From the NCBI GenBank assembly GCA_024346625.1, contig AP024665.1, forward strand, positions 1,736,001-1,800,000: a stretch of DNA of 64,000 nucleotides, given 5' to 3'. The notes below the pieces were generated by a model. It did no database searches. It saw only the letters and a program-made list of their open reading frames with translations, and had not been told where the DNA came from. The position numbers and the translations under genes were made by a program. The number at the start of each line of letters is the position of its first letter. The stretch's first letter is position 1. The stretch comes from Williopsis jadinii. Its lineage: Eukaryota. Positions 63,024-64,000 of this stretch are shown in pieces.

Positions 63024-64000
63024 ATGTCGGACGATAACGGTATTCAGCTCCTGGAGTTCGAGTCCAAGCTGCAAAAGATCCGTCAGCAGATTAATTCCAA
63101 GCTCGAGAACCAGAAGCACATTGCACTTGTGCTGTCTGCTGTGGAGGAGAACATCTCATCTCAGTCAGGGAGTGCCTCACCTGTGGCGTATTTCGTCTCC
63201 TTTCTGTCGCTGTTGGACCAGTCGATTGATGCTGATAACGATACCATTACAGATGCCAACCTGGTTGCCACAGCTGCGTATCTGTTGGACCTTACACTGC
63301 CTGTGATTCCGAAGGCTCTGTTGAAGACGAAGTTTGCGGAGATCTTGGTGAAGCTGGCGCCAGCTATCACGAGCTCTGATGCTGAGGCTCCGCTGATCAA
63401 ATCTGCTGTAGGGTCGTTGGAGACGTTGCTGCTTGCTCAGGACATCAACTCCTGGAACAACTCTGCTTTGAACATCAACCCAAAGAGAGGTTTTGGTGGA
63501 TTGCTGGAGTACTCCTTGGATCCACGCCCTAAAGTTCGTAAGAGAGCTCAGGATGCTGTTCACAGCATATTGGCCAACCCACCACCGGGGCCTTCCATGG
63601 AGCACCCTGCCAGTGCGATGGCTGCCGATTTCGCTATAAAATCACTCGTTGAGCTGATCAACACTAAGCCAAACCAAAAGACCAATAAGGAACACTCTGC
63701 ACAGCTTATCCACTCTTTGCAGTTAGTTTCAAGTATTACATCAGCAAACTCCTGGCCAACGTCAAAGATCGAACACCTGTGCGACATCCTTCTCGAGGTT
63801 TCAAAGACAAATGATCAGTACCTTGTTTCCAGCGCATTCAAGGGATTCGAAGGCCTTTTCAACTCGATGACCGATGAAATTGATAGTGATAAGTTCCTCA
63901 AAGTGTTACAGGTTATCTTTGACTTGAAGCCATCTCTGAATGACAACCATTTAGCAGTGCCATGGATTGCTGTCGTGGCAAAGGGTATCACCTCTTATAC
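63024..64000 (+). CDS. RRP12: Ribosomal RNA processing protein 12, 5' part (runs off the window)
   Basis: Manual translation from ATG 63024 gives MSDDNGIQLLEFESKLQKIRQQINSKLENQKHIALVLSAVEENI...PVAYFVSFLSLL...DPRPKVRKRA. Absent from the ORF track because no stop lies inside the window; PAC/RRPE promoter and synteny agree. Confidence 0.93.
   Translation, partial: MSDDNGIQLLEFESKLQKIRQQINSKLENQKHIALVLSAVEENISSQSGSASPVAYFVSFLSLLDQSIDADNDTITDANLVATAAYLLDLTLPVIPKALLKTKFAEILVKLAPAITSSDAEAPLIKSAVGSLETLLLAQDINSWNNSALNINPKRGFGGLLEYSLDPRPKVRKRAQDAVHSILANPPPGPSMEHPASAMAADFAIKSLVELINTKPNQKTNKEHSAQLIHSLQLVSSITSANSWPTSKIEHLCDILLEVSKTNDQYLVSSAFKGFEGLFNSMTDEIDSDKFLKVLQVIFDLKPSLNDNHLAVPWIAVVAKGITSY

Noticed and set aside
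1..64000. tRNA, rRNA, snoRNA or LTR elements
   Set aside because: No A/B-box cloverleaf, C/D-box pair with a recognisable guide, or TG...CA LTR was recognised by eye; small ncRNAs could have been missed without a covariance-model scan.

Overview
Gene-dense 64 kb of a budding-yeast (Saccharomycotina) chromosome using the standard genetic code (CTG at 24324-24326 encodes the invariant Leu of Ras DILDTAG). Gene content, short introns dominated by GTGAGT donors and the BIO2 sequence suggest a Cyberlindnera/Wickerhamomyces-type yeast; this is recall, not a search result. About 34 protein-coding genes are visible. Most are housekeeping genes in blocks syntenic with S. cerevisiae (PHO23-RAS-OST2-OCA1; VPS21-PTC5; ULP1...VTC2/3...HST2...RQC2-RET3-TAF3...MRPS16-RRP12). 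Eight introns missed by the ORF track were resolved by hand (MPT5, a GCR1_C-type factor, STU2, RAS, OCA1, VPS21, RQC2, TAF3). No tRNA, rRNA, CRISPR or LTR was recognised. The best novelty candidate is an intact ORF at about 13592-14848 encoding a PIF/Harbinger-like (DDE_Tnp_4) transposase homolog. It has lost catalytic aspartates, shows no visible TIRs and is overlapped by an upstream ORF in a +1 frame relationship, so it may be a domesticated transposase. Other signals: a highly foldable MPT5 intron with a NAGNAG acceptor, 8/16-bp phased Rap1/telomere-like arrays in several intergenic regions, a Swi6 retaining an intact APSES domain, an oddly configured RAS intron, a bacterial-type zinc ADH, and an AT-rich island in the AT-richer left part of the window.
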